Shown piece by piece: positions 54,383-64,000 of a stretch of DNA of 64,000 nt (the stretch's first letter is position 1; the number at the start of each line of letters is the position of its first letter). The DNA is from an uncultured Planctomycetaceae bacterium (GTDB lineage: Bacteria > Planctomycetota > Planctomycetia > Pirellulales > PALSA-1355). The position numbers and the translations under genes were made by a program. The notes under the pieces are model-generated. The model was given only the letters and a program-made list of their open reading frames with translations, was not told where the DNA came from and did no database searches. Location: assembly GCA_963785305.1 (NCBI GenBank), contig CAWAUV010000001.1:128001-192000 (forward strand), written 5' to 3'.

Positions 54383-55552
54383 TCAGGCCTGTTCCGGAAA
54401 CGCCCGCTGGGCCGCGTGCAGTATCTGTTTAAGTGGCACGCCATGACGAATGGCCGCCTCGCGACACGATTCGAACTCGGGAGAAAAACCAACTCGCGAT
54501 CCGATCCAAGCCACCATGCCTTCGATCGGCCCCCAGGCGGTCTGGACGCTTCGCTTCTCGCGACGCAATTTGTGGCGCTGTATCTGCTGCCGCCGCACTC
54601 CCAGCGTGGTGGTCTCGTTAAACAGGATTGCTTCGAGACGATCGGCTAGCATCGGCTCGCAGAGCGCGCTGAGCATGACGCCCGGGCGATTCTTTTTCAT
54701 TTGAATCGCCGTGGAAAATACATCGAGCGCGCCGGCCTCCCAGAGCAAGCTTGTCGCGTGGCCGATCATCTCGCCGGTCGTGTTGTCGAGGTTCGTTTCG
54801 AGCATCGTGAGCGTCTCGCGGATGGACGACGCATCGTCGGCGTGGCCGAGCAAAATGCGGAGCAGATTCGGCTGCTCCTCGAGATCGCGCTGGCCGGCGC
54901 CATAGCCGATGGCGTCGATCGTCATCGCGGGCGCCGGGCCAAAGGCGCCGACCAAAGTGGCCAAGATCGAGGCCCCGGTCGGCGTGGTCAGTTCATGGGG
55001 AACGCTGGACGCCGCCAGCGGCACGCCGCGCAGCAGTTCCGCCGTCGCGGGCGCGGGAATGCTACAGCGACCGTGTGCGATCTCGACAAAGCCGGTTCCC
55101 GTCGGCGTGGGCGAAGCCACGGCCCGCTCGATGCCGAGCAGATCCCAGCCGATGGCGGCGCCCACGATATCGGCGATGGAATCGACTGCGCCGACTTCAT
55201 GGAAATGCACCTTCTGAATCGTTGTGCCATGCACGCGGGCTTCGGCTTCGGCCAGCCGCCCGAAGATGCGCTTGGCCAGGTCCTTGGCCCGGTCCGAGAG
55301 TGAGCCCTGTTCGATCATCGCCACGATATGATGCAAGTGGCGGTGTTTGTGCTCGGGCTCGTGTTCGATCGTGATTTGGGTGGCGCGAAAGCCTTTTTTT
55401 TTGCATTCCGCGCGGCGAAGTCGGACCCCGGGTAGGCCGAGGCTCATGACTCCGGCTTCGATTGCTTCGAGGCTCGCGCCGGCGTCGACCAGAGCGCCAA
55501 GAGTCATGTCGCCGCTAATGCCGCTCGCGCAATCGAGATATGCAATTCTCAT
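54383..55552 (-). CDS. larC: Nickel pincer cofactor biosynthesis protein LarC
   Basis: YLDCASGISGDM.LGAL, HRHLHHI, VHFHEVGAVDSIADI, PAPATAEL, TPTGA, ETNLD, MKKNRPG, TTTLGVR. Confidence 0.95.
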   Translation of the reverse strand: MRIAYLDCASGISGDMTLGALVDAGASLEAIEAGVMSLGLPGVRLRRAECKKKGFRATQITIEHEPEHKHRHLHHIVAMIEQGSLSDRAKDLAKRIFGRLAEAEARVHGTTIQKVHFHEVGAVDSIADIVGAAIGWDLLGIERAVASPTPTGTGFVEIAHGRCSIPAPATAELLRGVPLAASSVPHELTTPTGASILATLVGAFGPAPAMTIDAIGYGAGQRDLEEQPNLLRILLGHADDASSIRETLTMLETNLDNTTGEMIGHATSLLWEAGALDVFSTAIQMKKNRPGVMLSALCEPMLADRLEAILFNETTTLGVRRQQIQRHKLRREKRSVQTAWGPIEGMVAWIGSRVGFSPEFESCREAAIRHGVPLKQILHAAQRAFPEQA

Positions 55553-55768
55553 GGTACTACTCACTTTGACTCCATCGCCGACCATCGTCGGCCGCCAAGG
55601 CAGCCGCCCGATCGCGGCGCTGAATTGGGATGGCCGGTGCTCGGCGAAAAACTCGTCTGCCAGCAGTATAGGCAATTCGCCGCGACCGCGGCTATGCTGG
55701 TTCGGTCGGCGGCTCGGCGACGTATCGAGGCGCTTGGACCTTTTGAAAGCACCGGTGAGAGACGCGAA

Positions 55769-57535
55769 ATGATTGTGATCCTTGGCGCGGGCATCAATGG
55801 CTGTGCGCTCGCTCGCGAACTGCTCCTGGGCGGCATGTCGGTAACGCTCGTCGACACGGCCGACGCGGCGTTCGGCGCCACTGCCTACGCTTCACGGCTG
55901 ATCCACGGCGGGCTCCGTTATCTTGAATATGGCGAATTCGATCTCGTGCGCGAGTCGCTTGCCGAGCGCCGGCGACTGCTCCGCTTGGCGCCGCAGTTTG
56001 TTCGGCCGCTCGAACTCGGCATTCCGCTCGAACGCCTCGGCGGCGGCTTGCTCAGCGCCGTGGCCCGATTCGCCGGCGGCTCGCGAATCGCCCCCGCGGC
56101 GTTTAGCCGTGGCGCACAAAAGAAACAATCCGGCTCGCGGCCCTCCCAGCGCGGAAAACGTGGCCTGCTGCTCACCTGGGCGGGCCTCGCGCTCTACGAC
56201 GCCTATGCCAAGGACCCGGCCTTGGGCCGCCATCATATCGAACGCATTCGTTCGGGCCGCACCCCGATCAACGCCGAGCGGTTTCATTGGCTGGCCGTGT
56301 ATCACGATGTGCAGATTCTCTCGCCCGAGCGATTCACGCTCGCGTTGCTTGAAGACGCTCGGCGGATCGCGAGCGAGAATCACCGCGAGTTTCGCTTTTT
56401 GAATTACCACCGTGCGCACCTTACCGGGGCGACGGTGAAAATCGAACCGACGACTCCCCAATTCGCGTTGCTTAAAACGACCGTCGAGAAATCAGGCGTC
56501 GTCGAGCTCAAGCCGGCGGCGCTCGTCAACGCGACCGGCGCATGGGTGGACCGCACATGGCGTGGCGTGGGCGCGAATGCGCCGCGCCTCATGGGTCCCA
56601 CCAAAGGCAGCCATTGCTTTCTCTTTCACGCCGGTTTACGAGCCGCGCTCGCCGGCCGCGGCATCTATGCCGAAGCCGCCGATGGACGCCCGATCTTCAT
56701 CACGCCGCTCGGCGACGCGGTGCTGCTGGGAACCACCGACGAGCCATTTGCCGACGATCCGGCCACGGCGGTCGCGCGAAAGGACGAAACTCGCTATTTG
56801 CTCGACGCGGCCAACGCGATTTTCCCCGCGCTCAATCTGCGGCCCGAGGACGTGGCCTTCACATATTGCGGCGTTCGACCGCTTCCCCTTGTCGACGCGA
56901 GTAGTCCGGGGGCGATTACCCGGCGCCATGCGATCCGCCGCGACGACTTCGGGCCGGCGCCTTGTTACTCGATCATCGGCGGCAAGCTGACCACCTGCCG
57001 CTCGCTCGCCGAAGAAGCCGCGACGCGAATCTTGACCGATCTCGGCCGGCCGCCCACGGCAAACTCGCGCGACCCTGCGCTGCCCGGCGGCGAGAATTAT
57101 CCGGGCAATCCGACGATGCTCGCTCGCGAGCGAAACATTCTTGCCACGCGCCATCGATTGCCGCCCGCCGTGGTCGAGGCGGTGTGGAATCTCTTCGGCA
57201 CTCGCTCCGACGCCGTGCTCGGCGAATCACTGGCCGCGGGGAGAAAGGACCACGCCGAGGCGCCCGCGGACGTCGCGCTCGTGCCGGGCACGTCGCTAAC
57301 GGAATGTGTCGTGCGATGGATCATCGACCACGAATGGGTCGTGACGCTCGATGATCTCGTCGAGCGTCGGCTGATGCTACTCTTCGAGCGACGCCTTACG
57401 CGACAAACGCTCATTCGCCTCGCCGAGTTGCTTGTCGAACAACATCGGCTTGCTAACGCCGACGCGACCTCCGCCGTCGAAGCGACGGTTCGGCGCCTGG
57501 CGGAGCATTTTGGACGGCGCCTCCGCGGCGACTGA
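55769..57535 (+). CDS. glpD: FAD-dependent glycerol-3-phosphate dehydrogenase/oxidase
   Basis: ILGAGING, SRLIHGGLRYLE, VNATGAWVD, KGSH, GTTD, GVRPL, GGKLTT.R. Confidence 0.88.
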   Translation: MIVILGAGINGCALARELLLGGMSVTLVDTADAAFGATAYASRLIHGGLRYLEYGEFDLVRESLAERRRLLRLAPQFVRPLELGIPLERLGGGLLSAVARFAGGSRIAPAAFSRGAQKKQSGSRPSQRGKRGLLLTWAGLALYDAYAKDPALGRHHIERIRSGRTPINAERFHWLAVYHDVQILSPERFTLALLEDARRIASENHREFRFLNYHRAHLTGATVKIEPTTPQFALLKTTVEKSGVVELKPAALVNATGAWVDRTWRGVGANAPRLMGPTKGSHCFLFHAGLRAALAGRGIYAEAADGRPIFITPLGDAVLLGTTDEPFADDPATAVARKDETRYLLDAANAIFPALNLRPEDVAFTYCGVRPLPLVDASSPGAITRRHAIRRDDFGPAPCYSIIGGKLTTCRSLAEEAATRILTDLGRPPTANSRDPALPGGENYPGNPTMLARERNILATRHRLPPAVVEAVWNLFGTRSDAVLGESLAAGRKDHAEAPADVALVPGTSLTECVVRWIIDHEWVVTLDDLVERRLMLLFERRLTRQTLIRLAELLVEQHRLANADATSAVEATVRRLAEHFGRRLRGD

Positions 57536-57598
57536 CTCTTGGCGGCGCCGGCGATGCGCGCGAACAGACTTCCACGACGAACCCGGCGATACCCGGCC

Positions 57599-58294
57599 AT
57601 GACCGCGCGACGCATCTTTACGTGGCTGACCGCGGCTTTGATCTTGAAAGTCGCCTGTGTCGCGATCCTGAACTACCGCGATTACTTCCCGCCGAATTTC
57701 GAAGTCGATTTTCTCCGCGGGCGGGAATCGTATTTCTGGGGTAGCTATGGAGTGGCCTTCCATGTCCACATTTTATCCGGTCCCGTGTCGCTCACGCTCG
57801 GACTGGTTCTTCTCAGCGAACGATTTCGGCGTCGTTTTCCGAAGTGGCATCGGCGTCTGGGGCGAATTCAGGTTTTGGACGTGTTGCTGCTCGTGGCGCC
57901 CAGCGGGCTGTGGATGGGGCGCCACGCCGACGGAGGACCGATCGCGGTCTGGGGATTCATGGTGCTCGCGATCGCCACGGGATCATGCGTTGCTCTCGCA
58001 TGGAGAGCCGCGATGCAAAGACGATTCTCCGCGCATCGCCTCTGGATGCAACGAGGCTTTCTTCTCTTATGCTCGGCGGTCGTCACCCGCATGATCGGAG
58101 GGCTGGTCAGCGTGACCGGATTCCACGCTCCATGGATCGCTCCGCTGGCGGCCTGGGTGAGTTGGTTTGCGCCGCTGGCCGTCTTTGAAGGAAGCCGGGC
58201 GGTCGAACGGTTGCTATCGCTATTCGCTCGCCCAAACCAAACACACGACGGGCGGATGACAACGCCGATCCCACGGACCAGTTCACTGGCTTAG
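57599..58294 (+). CDS. DUF2306 membrane protein
   Basis: FHVHI.SGP, WHRRLGR, APSGLWM, HRLWM.R; its TAG stop abuts the IS left end. Confidence 0.8.
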   Translation: MTARRIFTWLTAALILKVACVAILNYRDYFPPNFEVDFLRGRESYFWGSYGVAFHVHILSGPVSLTLGLVLLSERFRRRFPKWHRRLGRIQVLDVLLLVAPSGLWMGRHADGGPIAVWGFMVLAIATGSCVALAWRAAMQRRFSAHRLWMQRGFLLLCSAVVTRMIGGLVSVTGFHAPWIAPLAAWVSWFAPLAVFEGSRAVERLLSLFARPNQTHDGRMTTPIPRTSSLA

Positions 58295-58409
58295 GATCGC
58301 CCGAAAAATAACTTTCCGGGAGGTTTTTCAAATGTTATTCTGAGTTTTCGTCGTCAGCCGCCGGGGCTTGGTCCGTGGGATTGATCTGGAATATAGGAGG
58401 GCCGAGCGC

Positions 58410-59824
58410 ATGTATTCCCCCGAAATCGAACACGAGATGAAGTGTTTTTATCAATCGTTGTCCGAGAAAGATCGGCGGCGGTATGCGGGAATCGAGGCGC
58501 GAAAGTTGGGTCGCGGCGGCGGGGAATATATTGCCAAGCTGTTCGACTGCGATCCCAAAACCGTGCGGCGCGGGACGGCCGACGTCGGCCAATTGCCGCG
58601 CGATCCGGCCGCCGGACGCGTGCGTAAAAAAGGGGGGACGCAAGTGCTGTCTTGATAGCAACCCCGCCATCGCCGAAAACTTGATCGAGATCGTCGACGA
58701 ACACACGGCGGGCGATCCGATGCGCGAGGACGTGACCTGGACCAATCTCACGCCCGCCGAAATCGCCACCGCCTTGGACGACCGCGGCACGCCGATCCGC
58801 GGGGATACGGTGCGCCAACTGCTCGTCGATGGCGGCTTCTCGTTGCGACGGCCCGAGAAAACGAAAGCACTCGGCGTCTGTGAATTTCGCGACGAGCAAT
58901 TCGAAAAAATCGCCGCCTTGAAAGCCGAGTATCTCGACGCCGGCAACCCGGCTCTCAGCATCGACACCAAGAAAAAGGAGCCGATCGGCGAGTTTCAGCC
59001 CGACGGCCGGGCTTGGTCCGACGGCCCAAACCGCGTGCTCGACCACGACTTCAAGCGACCCGGCCAACTCCAACTGGTTCCGCATGGCATCTACGATCTG
59101 GCCACGAACCTGGGCCATATCACGCTGGGCGTGAGTCACGACACGAGCGAGTTCGTCCGCGATTGCGTCTTCGGCTGGTGGCAAACCACGGGCCAAGCGA
59201 CCTATCCCCACGCCACTTCGATCCTGCTCTTTTGCGACGCGGGCGGTAGCAATAATTGTCGGCATCGGATTTTCAAACAAGACCTGCAATGCCTGGCCAA
59301 TCAGATCGGCCTGCCGATCCGCGTGGCGCATTATCTTCCTTACTGTTCCAAGTACAATCCGATCGAGCATCGCCTGTTTCCCCACGTCTCGCGCGCCCTG
59401 TCGGGCATCGTGCTCCGCGGCATCGACTTGGCGAAGAAGTGTATCGAACGAACTCATACCAGCACCGGCCTCAAAGTCTCGGTGAACATTATGGATAAGG
59501 CCTATCTTCGAGTTTCGCGTTTTTTGATAGCAATAGGCTTTTATTTCCTCGGATTTTACGAGATTTATGCGAGCTTCCGAGAGTCATCGCAGGTTGCGTG
59601 ATACGCAAAAAATGCCCACGCGTTGCGCGAAACGCCTAAAACTCACGAATAAACGCTAATTCGAATGCTAGCACAAAGTGCGAAAGTTGAACTATCAACT
59701 GAAGCGAAAAGTAACCACCGCATTTCGCGAAATGATGCCGATCAAGTTCGACGAACAGCTACCCCTGCTAAACTACACCGCCAAACCCATGAAACAAATT
59801 CCCGGGAAGTTATTTGTCGGCTGA
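58410..59824 (+). pseudogene. ISAzo13-family transposase, frame change at A6G6 (58626-58637) and interrupted at 59506
   Basis: LSEKDRRRYA, TAGDP, RDEQF..I, SIDTKKKE.IG, DHDF, P.GIYD, DAGGSN, SKYNPIEHRLF; native C-terminus (FDEQLPLLNYTAKP) resumes at 59697. Confidence 0.9.
59507..59691. mobile_element. 185-bp MITE nested in the ISAzo13 transposase
   Basis: CTATC direct repeat at 59502-06 and 59692-96; imperfect terminal inverted repeats (20/26); removal restores the transposase frame. Confidence 0.88.
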
Positions 59825-59827
59825 TCC

Positions 59828-59967
59828 ATACCGGCAAGAGCATAAGTCCCATTAAAAGAAGGATTCCGAAAACGGCAAGCACCTGCGCACCCGGCGATAA
59901 TCCACTTGTTCTTCGGCTTCGGCTTGGGGTCGGCGGGGCCGGTGTATTCATAGGGATTTTCGGGCAT
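59828..59967 (-). pseudogene. N-terminal fragment of a DUF1559-like gene truncated by the IS
   Basis: MPENPYEYTGPADP... then VLAVFGILLLMGLMLLPV stops at the IS right end. Confidence 0.6.
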
Positions 59968-60478
59968 CGGGATGGCTCCTGGCGCGTTGGATCGGAAAAA
60001 ACCTGTTCGGCTGGGTCGCTTCAGCGCGGCTTGACGTTCCTCGGAAAACGGCGGTGCTCGTGTGCGTTCAGAAGTCGGCCTCGACTTTATCATGACCCGC
60101 GATCGAGATCAGCGCGCGCCGCGAAGCAGCTGGCGCATCGTCCGAGAGAGAACGAACGCCGCCGTCACACAGCGCCATCATCGTTACAGAGTGGTGCGCC
60201 AGCTTGGATTTTGGCCCGATGCTCATAATCAACGATTCGTCGGCGTCGTTGGGAGACATCCAGTGGACGGCCCGGTCCGTGGGCGCTTCGATCAGCATGA
60301 GGGTTTGTGAAAGCCCATCGGTGATTTCAAACCTCGCCGCTTGTTCTGCTTCGACACCGGGTCGGCGGGGCCGGTGTATTCATAGGGATTTTCGGGCATC
60401 GGGAGGGCTCCTGGCGCGTTGGATCGGAAAAAACCTGTTCGGCTGGGTCGCTTCAGCGCGGCTTGACGTTCCTCGGAA
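59927..60478. repeat. 120-bp direct repeat (59927-60046 and 60359-60478), one mismatch, period 432
   Basis: GGGTCGGCGGGGCCGGTGTATTCATAGGG...GCTTGACGTTCCTCGGAA occurs twice. Confidence 0.95.
60068..60399 (-). pseudogene. DUF1559-like gene with a large internal deletion
   Basis: MPENPYEYTGPADPVSKQNKRRG joins out of frame to EITDGLSQTLM...W.SP.D...HHSVTMMALCDGGV (H-X9-DG end). Confidence 0.75.
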
Positions 60479-61322
60479 TACAGCGGCCCATTTGGGTGCT
60501 CGGAAGTTTCGACTCCGTCGTGAATCGAGAAAAGCGCGACGCTGGGCGACAGGCGACCCGACCAAGGGAAAACCCTCTAACTTTCATACGATCTTAGCTT
60601 CAACTCCTACGAGCCTCCACCAGCAGAGGAGGCAGTCGGATCGGCATCGGCGATCGCGATCGCCGGGGAGCATCGCGGTTTTTTTCTTGAATATTTGGAT
60701 GAATATGAGGATTTTGCAAGTCAAATCGGCGCAAATGCGCCTTGCGCGAGGGGACCGTTGGTCGGGCGCCCCCAGGGAGCCTAGTTGCTAGCATGCGATG
60801 GTTGTCCGACTGTTCGGCCGCTTCCGGGCATCGTCATTGTGGGCGTCAATCGGCGCGTGGCGCCACGGGAACAAGGTTGATTGGGCAGCCCCCCAGAGCG
60901 ATCCCATTGCGGTCTTCCGCAATTGCAGTCGTTGGAACATGCGGCTAGGGAATTTCCGGCGTGCCATCGCTTCAATGACCCACGTGCGCAGTCGAAAACA
61001 GACGACCGAACCGAGCTAATTTTGTCGTAGCCGGGCGGCGATTCCAGCGAGCTGATCCGACGAAATCGACATCGAAAATCTTGGCGGCCGCCACCCCCCG
61101 TTAGACAGGGACGCGACTAAATGTCCGATCCCGGGAAACTTTTTTATTTTTGGTTTGAAGTCCAGCGTCCGCTCAATTATAGTACTCGCTGCTATTCTAG
61201 CGCGATCGATTCAACTCCGTGCCCTCTTTCGAGAAAAGCAGACGGCTTTCCAGAAGATCGGAATGCGATCGATCGTGTTATTGGTTTCCAGGCACCTTGT
61301 GTTTTCATGGCGGAGCTATCCG

Positions 61323-64000
61323 ATGGCAGCCACCAGCGGTTGCGTTGTTCCCAGTCATTGCCCGGCGCGAGTCGAGCAAGCCGACTTATCGCGGACTTTT
61401 GATCGCGGTCCCAGGGCCTCCGCGGCGATGCGAGCGCGATGCGCCGCGTTGTGCATCGCGCTGACGCTCGGCCCAGCGGCAAGGCATCTTCGCGCGGGAA
61501 CGCCCTCGACATTCACGGGTGGCACGCACGCCACGGGCGTCGACATGACCAACGGCTCGAACTACAGCACATCGAGCGTGCCGAACAATTCGACCGACAT
61601 CATTATCAGCGCTACGTATCCATCCTCGTTTAGCACCCCGACCACGCTCACGATCAATTCGAATCTTTCGGCCGAATCGCTCAACGACGCGAATCCCGGG
61701 TTGCTCGTGATTGGCAACACCGGCAACACGAACTCGATATTCACGCTCGGCAATCCCACCGGCCAAAACAATCAGGCCTCCGGCAACAGCGCGACGTTCA
61801 ACTCGCATGATCTGCTCTTCGTCGGCGGATTGGCGGGGTCGGGCGGCGTGTCGACATTGACCATTCAGGGGACCAACGCCGGCTCGGGAACGGGCACGCT
61901 CGGCCTAGCGCTCGCGCAGAGCGGAAATCTAGACGTCGCGGCGGGCAATTTCCTGACCATCAGCGCGGCCATGTCCGGGGCCGTGAGCTTGCAGCAAAAC
62001 GGCGCGGGCACGGTCACGCTCTCGGGCAATAGCACCTGGGGCGGCGCCGGCCAAAACTACCTGCTCACCGCCGGCACACTAAACCTGGGTAGCGCCACGG
62101 CCCTGGGCAGCAGCGCGACGACGCTCGACCTCAACGGCGGCACGCTTTCGGATACAGCCGCTCTCACCGCCGCCGTCGCCAATAATATCGTGATCTCAGC
62201 GAGCAGCACGATTGCCTCGACGAGCACCCCAATGATCTTCAGCGGCTCCGTCACCAATGGCCCCGCGCCGGGCACATCGATCAACAATGTGCTGCCGGCG
62301 GTGAGCCCCTCGAATACGCTGACGATCTCGGGAACAGGCTCGGCCACCTTCGGCGGCGCCTTCTACCTTTCGGGCACTCCGAACGTGGCCGGCTCGCTGA
62401 GCTTGGTCAGCAACGGCGCGTCGTCGGTCGTGGTGAACGGCAACATCATTGGCGACACAGGCGCCGGCTCGGCCCTGAGCACATTCACCATTCAGCCCAA
62501 CGGCGGCGCCTCGAACAGTATCACGATCAATTCATCGAACTCCTACAACGGCATCACTTCGCTCGGTGGCAGCGACACGGGCAATATCGTGCTGGGGAGC
62601 AACACCGCGTTTGGCTCTAGCGTCGTGCAACTCAACAAGGCAAACATGGTGGCCGCCAATTTGTCGGGGGAAACATCACCCTGGCCAATCCGATGCAAGA
62701 GTTCAACACCGTGGCCAGTGTGTCGGGGGGATACAATTTCACGAGCTCGGGATCCTTCACGCAGATGGGCACGGCGTCGACATTCAACAACAACTCCGCC
62801 GGCCTGCTCACCTTCTCGAACAATGTCTACCTCTCGAATTTGCAGTCGGCCGGCTATACGCTCACGCTGGGCGGCGCCGGCAATATCCTGATCAGCGGCG
62901 TGATCTCGAACTACAACGGTCAATCGGTCAACGCTCCCGGCGCCGGCGGCTCGCTTGTCTATAGCGGCGCCGGTCAACTCACATTGTCGGGCTCGAACAC
63001 ATTCACCGGCGGAATGACCCTCGCCAGTGGGCAGTTGAATCTGAATAGCGTCGGCGCGTTGCCCGCGACGGGATTGACCATCAGCGGCAATAGCTCGATC
63101 GACAACACCTCGGGCGCCGCGATTACGCTGAACAGCAGCCCCGCGATAACGCTCGGGGCCAATGTCAATTTCATGGGCTCCAACAATCTCAATTTGGGCG
63201 CGGGAGCGGTTTCCCTCTCGGGTAGCCGCACGATCTTTTTGGGAAACCAGGGAAGCGCTCCCTCGACATTGACGATGGCCGGCGCCGTCACGAACACCGC
63301 CAACAGCGCTATTACCACCACGGTCGTCGGCGCCGGCAATACGCTCGTCCTGGGCAGCTTGAATCTGGGTAACACCAGCTCGGAGACGAGCACTTTCACG
63401 GGCAATGGCAATATCAATATCACGGGTCCCGTGGCCGATGGCACGCAATCCTATGTCACGTATAGCACCTTGGCGTACACCGGCTCGGGCACGATGAATC
63501 TCCAGGGCGCGAACACGTTCACCGGCGGATTGACCGTGACGGGTGGCACGGTCAACGTCACCGGATCGCTGGCCAGCGGTCTCTCTCAATTCACGTTGGG
63601 CGGGGGCGGCACGCTCAATTACAACCCGGCCATCGCCGGTGCGCAGTCCGTCAATTATTCGTACCTCTATAGCGGTAATTCGAACATCGTCCTTGGCGCC
63701 GCCGGCGATACGCTCAATCTCGGAAACTTGTTCCGTTCCAACACCGGCGCCGTGATTAACTTTCCCACGACCGGCACGGTCACCACTTCGGCCGGCAACG
63801 ACTCCAGCGGCGTCATCGGCGCCTGGGCCACGATCGGCTCCGGAACCAATCTGGCTTATGCGGTCTCCAACGGGGCGACTTCGGCGATTACTCCCTACGC
63901 CGCCGCCACTCCGGCCACCGCCACCAACATGACGAGCTCCAGCACGAGCTTCAGCTACGGCGCGGGTGGCACGCTGACCCCGACGAGCTCCGCCACGGTC
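61323..64000 (+). CDS. Autotransporter-associated beta-strand repeat surface protein, runs off the window end (frameshift near 62670)
   Basis: Signal-like N-terminus; G/T/S/N-rich repeats such as GAGTVTLSGNST, GAGQLTLSGSNTFTGG, GSGTMNLQGANTFTGG. Confidence 0.85.

Larger units (their letters stand above)
58294..59827 (+). mobile_element. ISAzo13-family insertion sequence, interrupted by a MITE
   Basis: IRL GGATCGCCCGAAAAATAACTTTCCGGG (58294-58320) and IRR reverse complement GGATCAGCCGACAAATAACTTCCCGGG (59801-59827), 23/27 identical, enclosing the transposase. Confidence 0.9.

Noticed and set aside
59927..60478. 120-bp repeat as a DGR template/variable repeat
   Set aside because: Only one mismatch, located at gene 5' ends rather than 3' ends, and no DGR-type RT nearby
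60480..61320. Riboswitch (for example c-di-GMP-I) upstream of the autotransporter-repeat gene
   Set aside because: Could not find the conserved core motifs in the right order; needs an Infernal search

Overview
High-GC chromosomal window, most likely from a planctomycete (Pirellulales-like), judged from DUF1559 prepilin-like genes, a TIGR03000 protein, DUF1570, ThuA/cytochrome c giant proteins and an FtsQ-like gene with no ftsA/ftsZ after it. It opens inside a group II intron (RT/maturase plus domains V/VI). It then runs through about 45 genes: efp-epmA/epmB, tpx, lpxK-murC-murB-ftsQ, hpnE, larC, glpD, a WecA-like transferase, an O-antigen ligase and others. It ends in a rearranged accessory zone: an ISAzo13 element carrying a nested 185-bp MITE, two broken tandem DUF1559-like genes sharing a 120-bp leader, and the start of an autotransporter-repeat protein. 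Many genes, including normally essential ones, are split by single-base indels, which points to long-read assembly error rather than pseudogenisation. Best leads: (1) a 6S-RNA-like rod/bubble structure lying next to a gene encoding two RNA-polymerase alpha-CTD-like domains plus a sigma70 region-4-like HTH; (2) two previously unannotated MITE types with clear target-site duplications; (3) an SdpA/SdpB-like (HTTM) pair beside a Gly/Ser/Tyr-rich TIGR03000 protein; (4) a non-canonical tRNA-Val(GAC) with its own promoter. All family assignments are from motif recognition by eye; no database searches were run.
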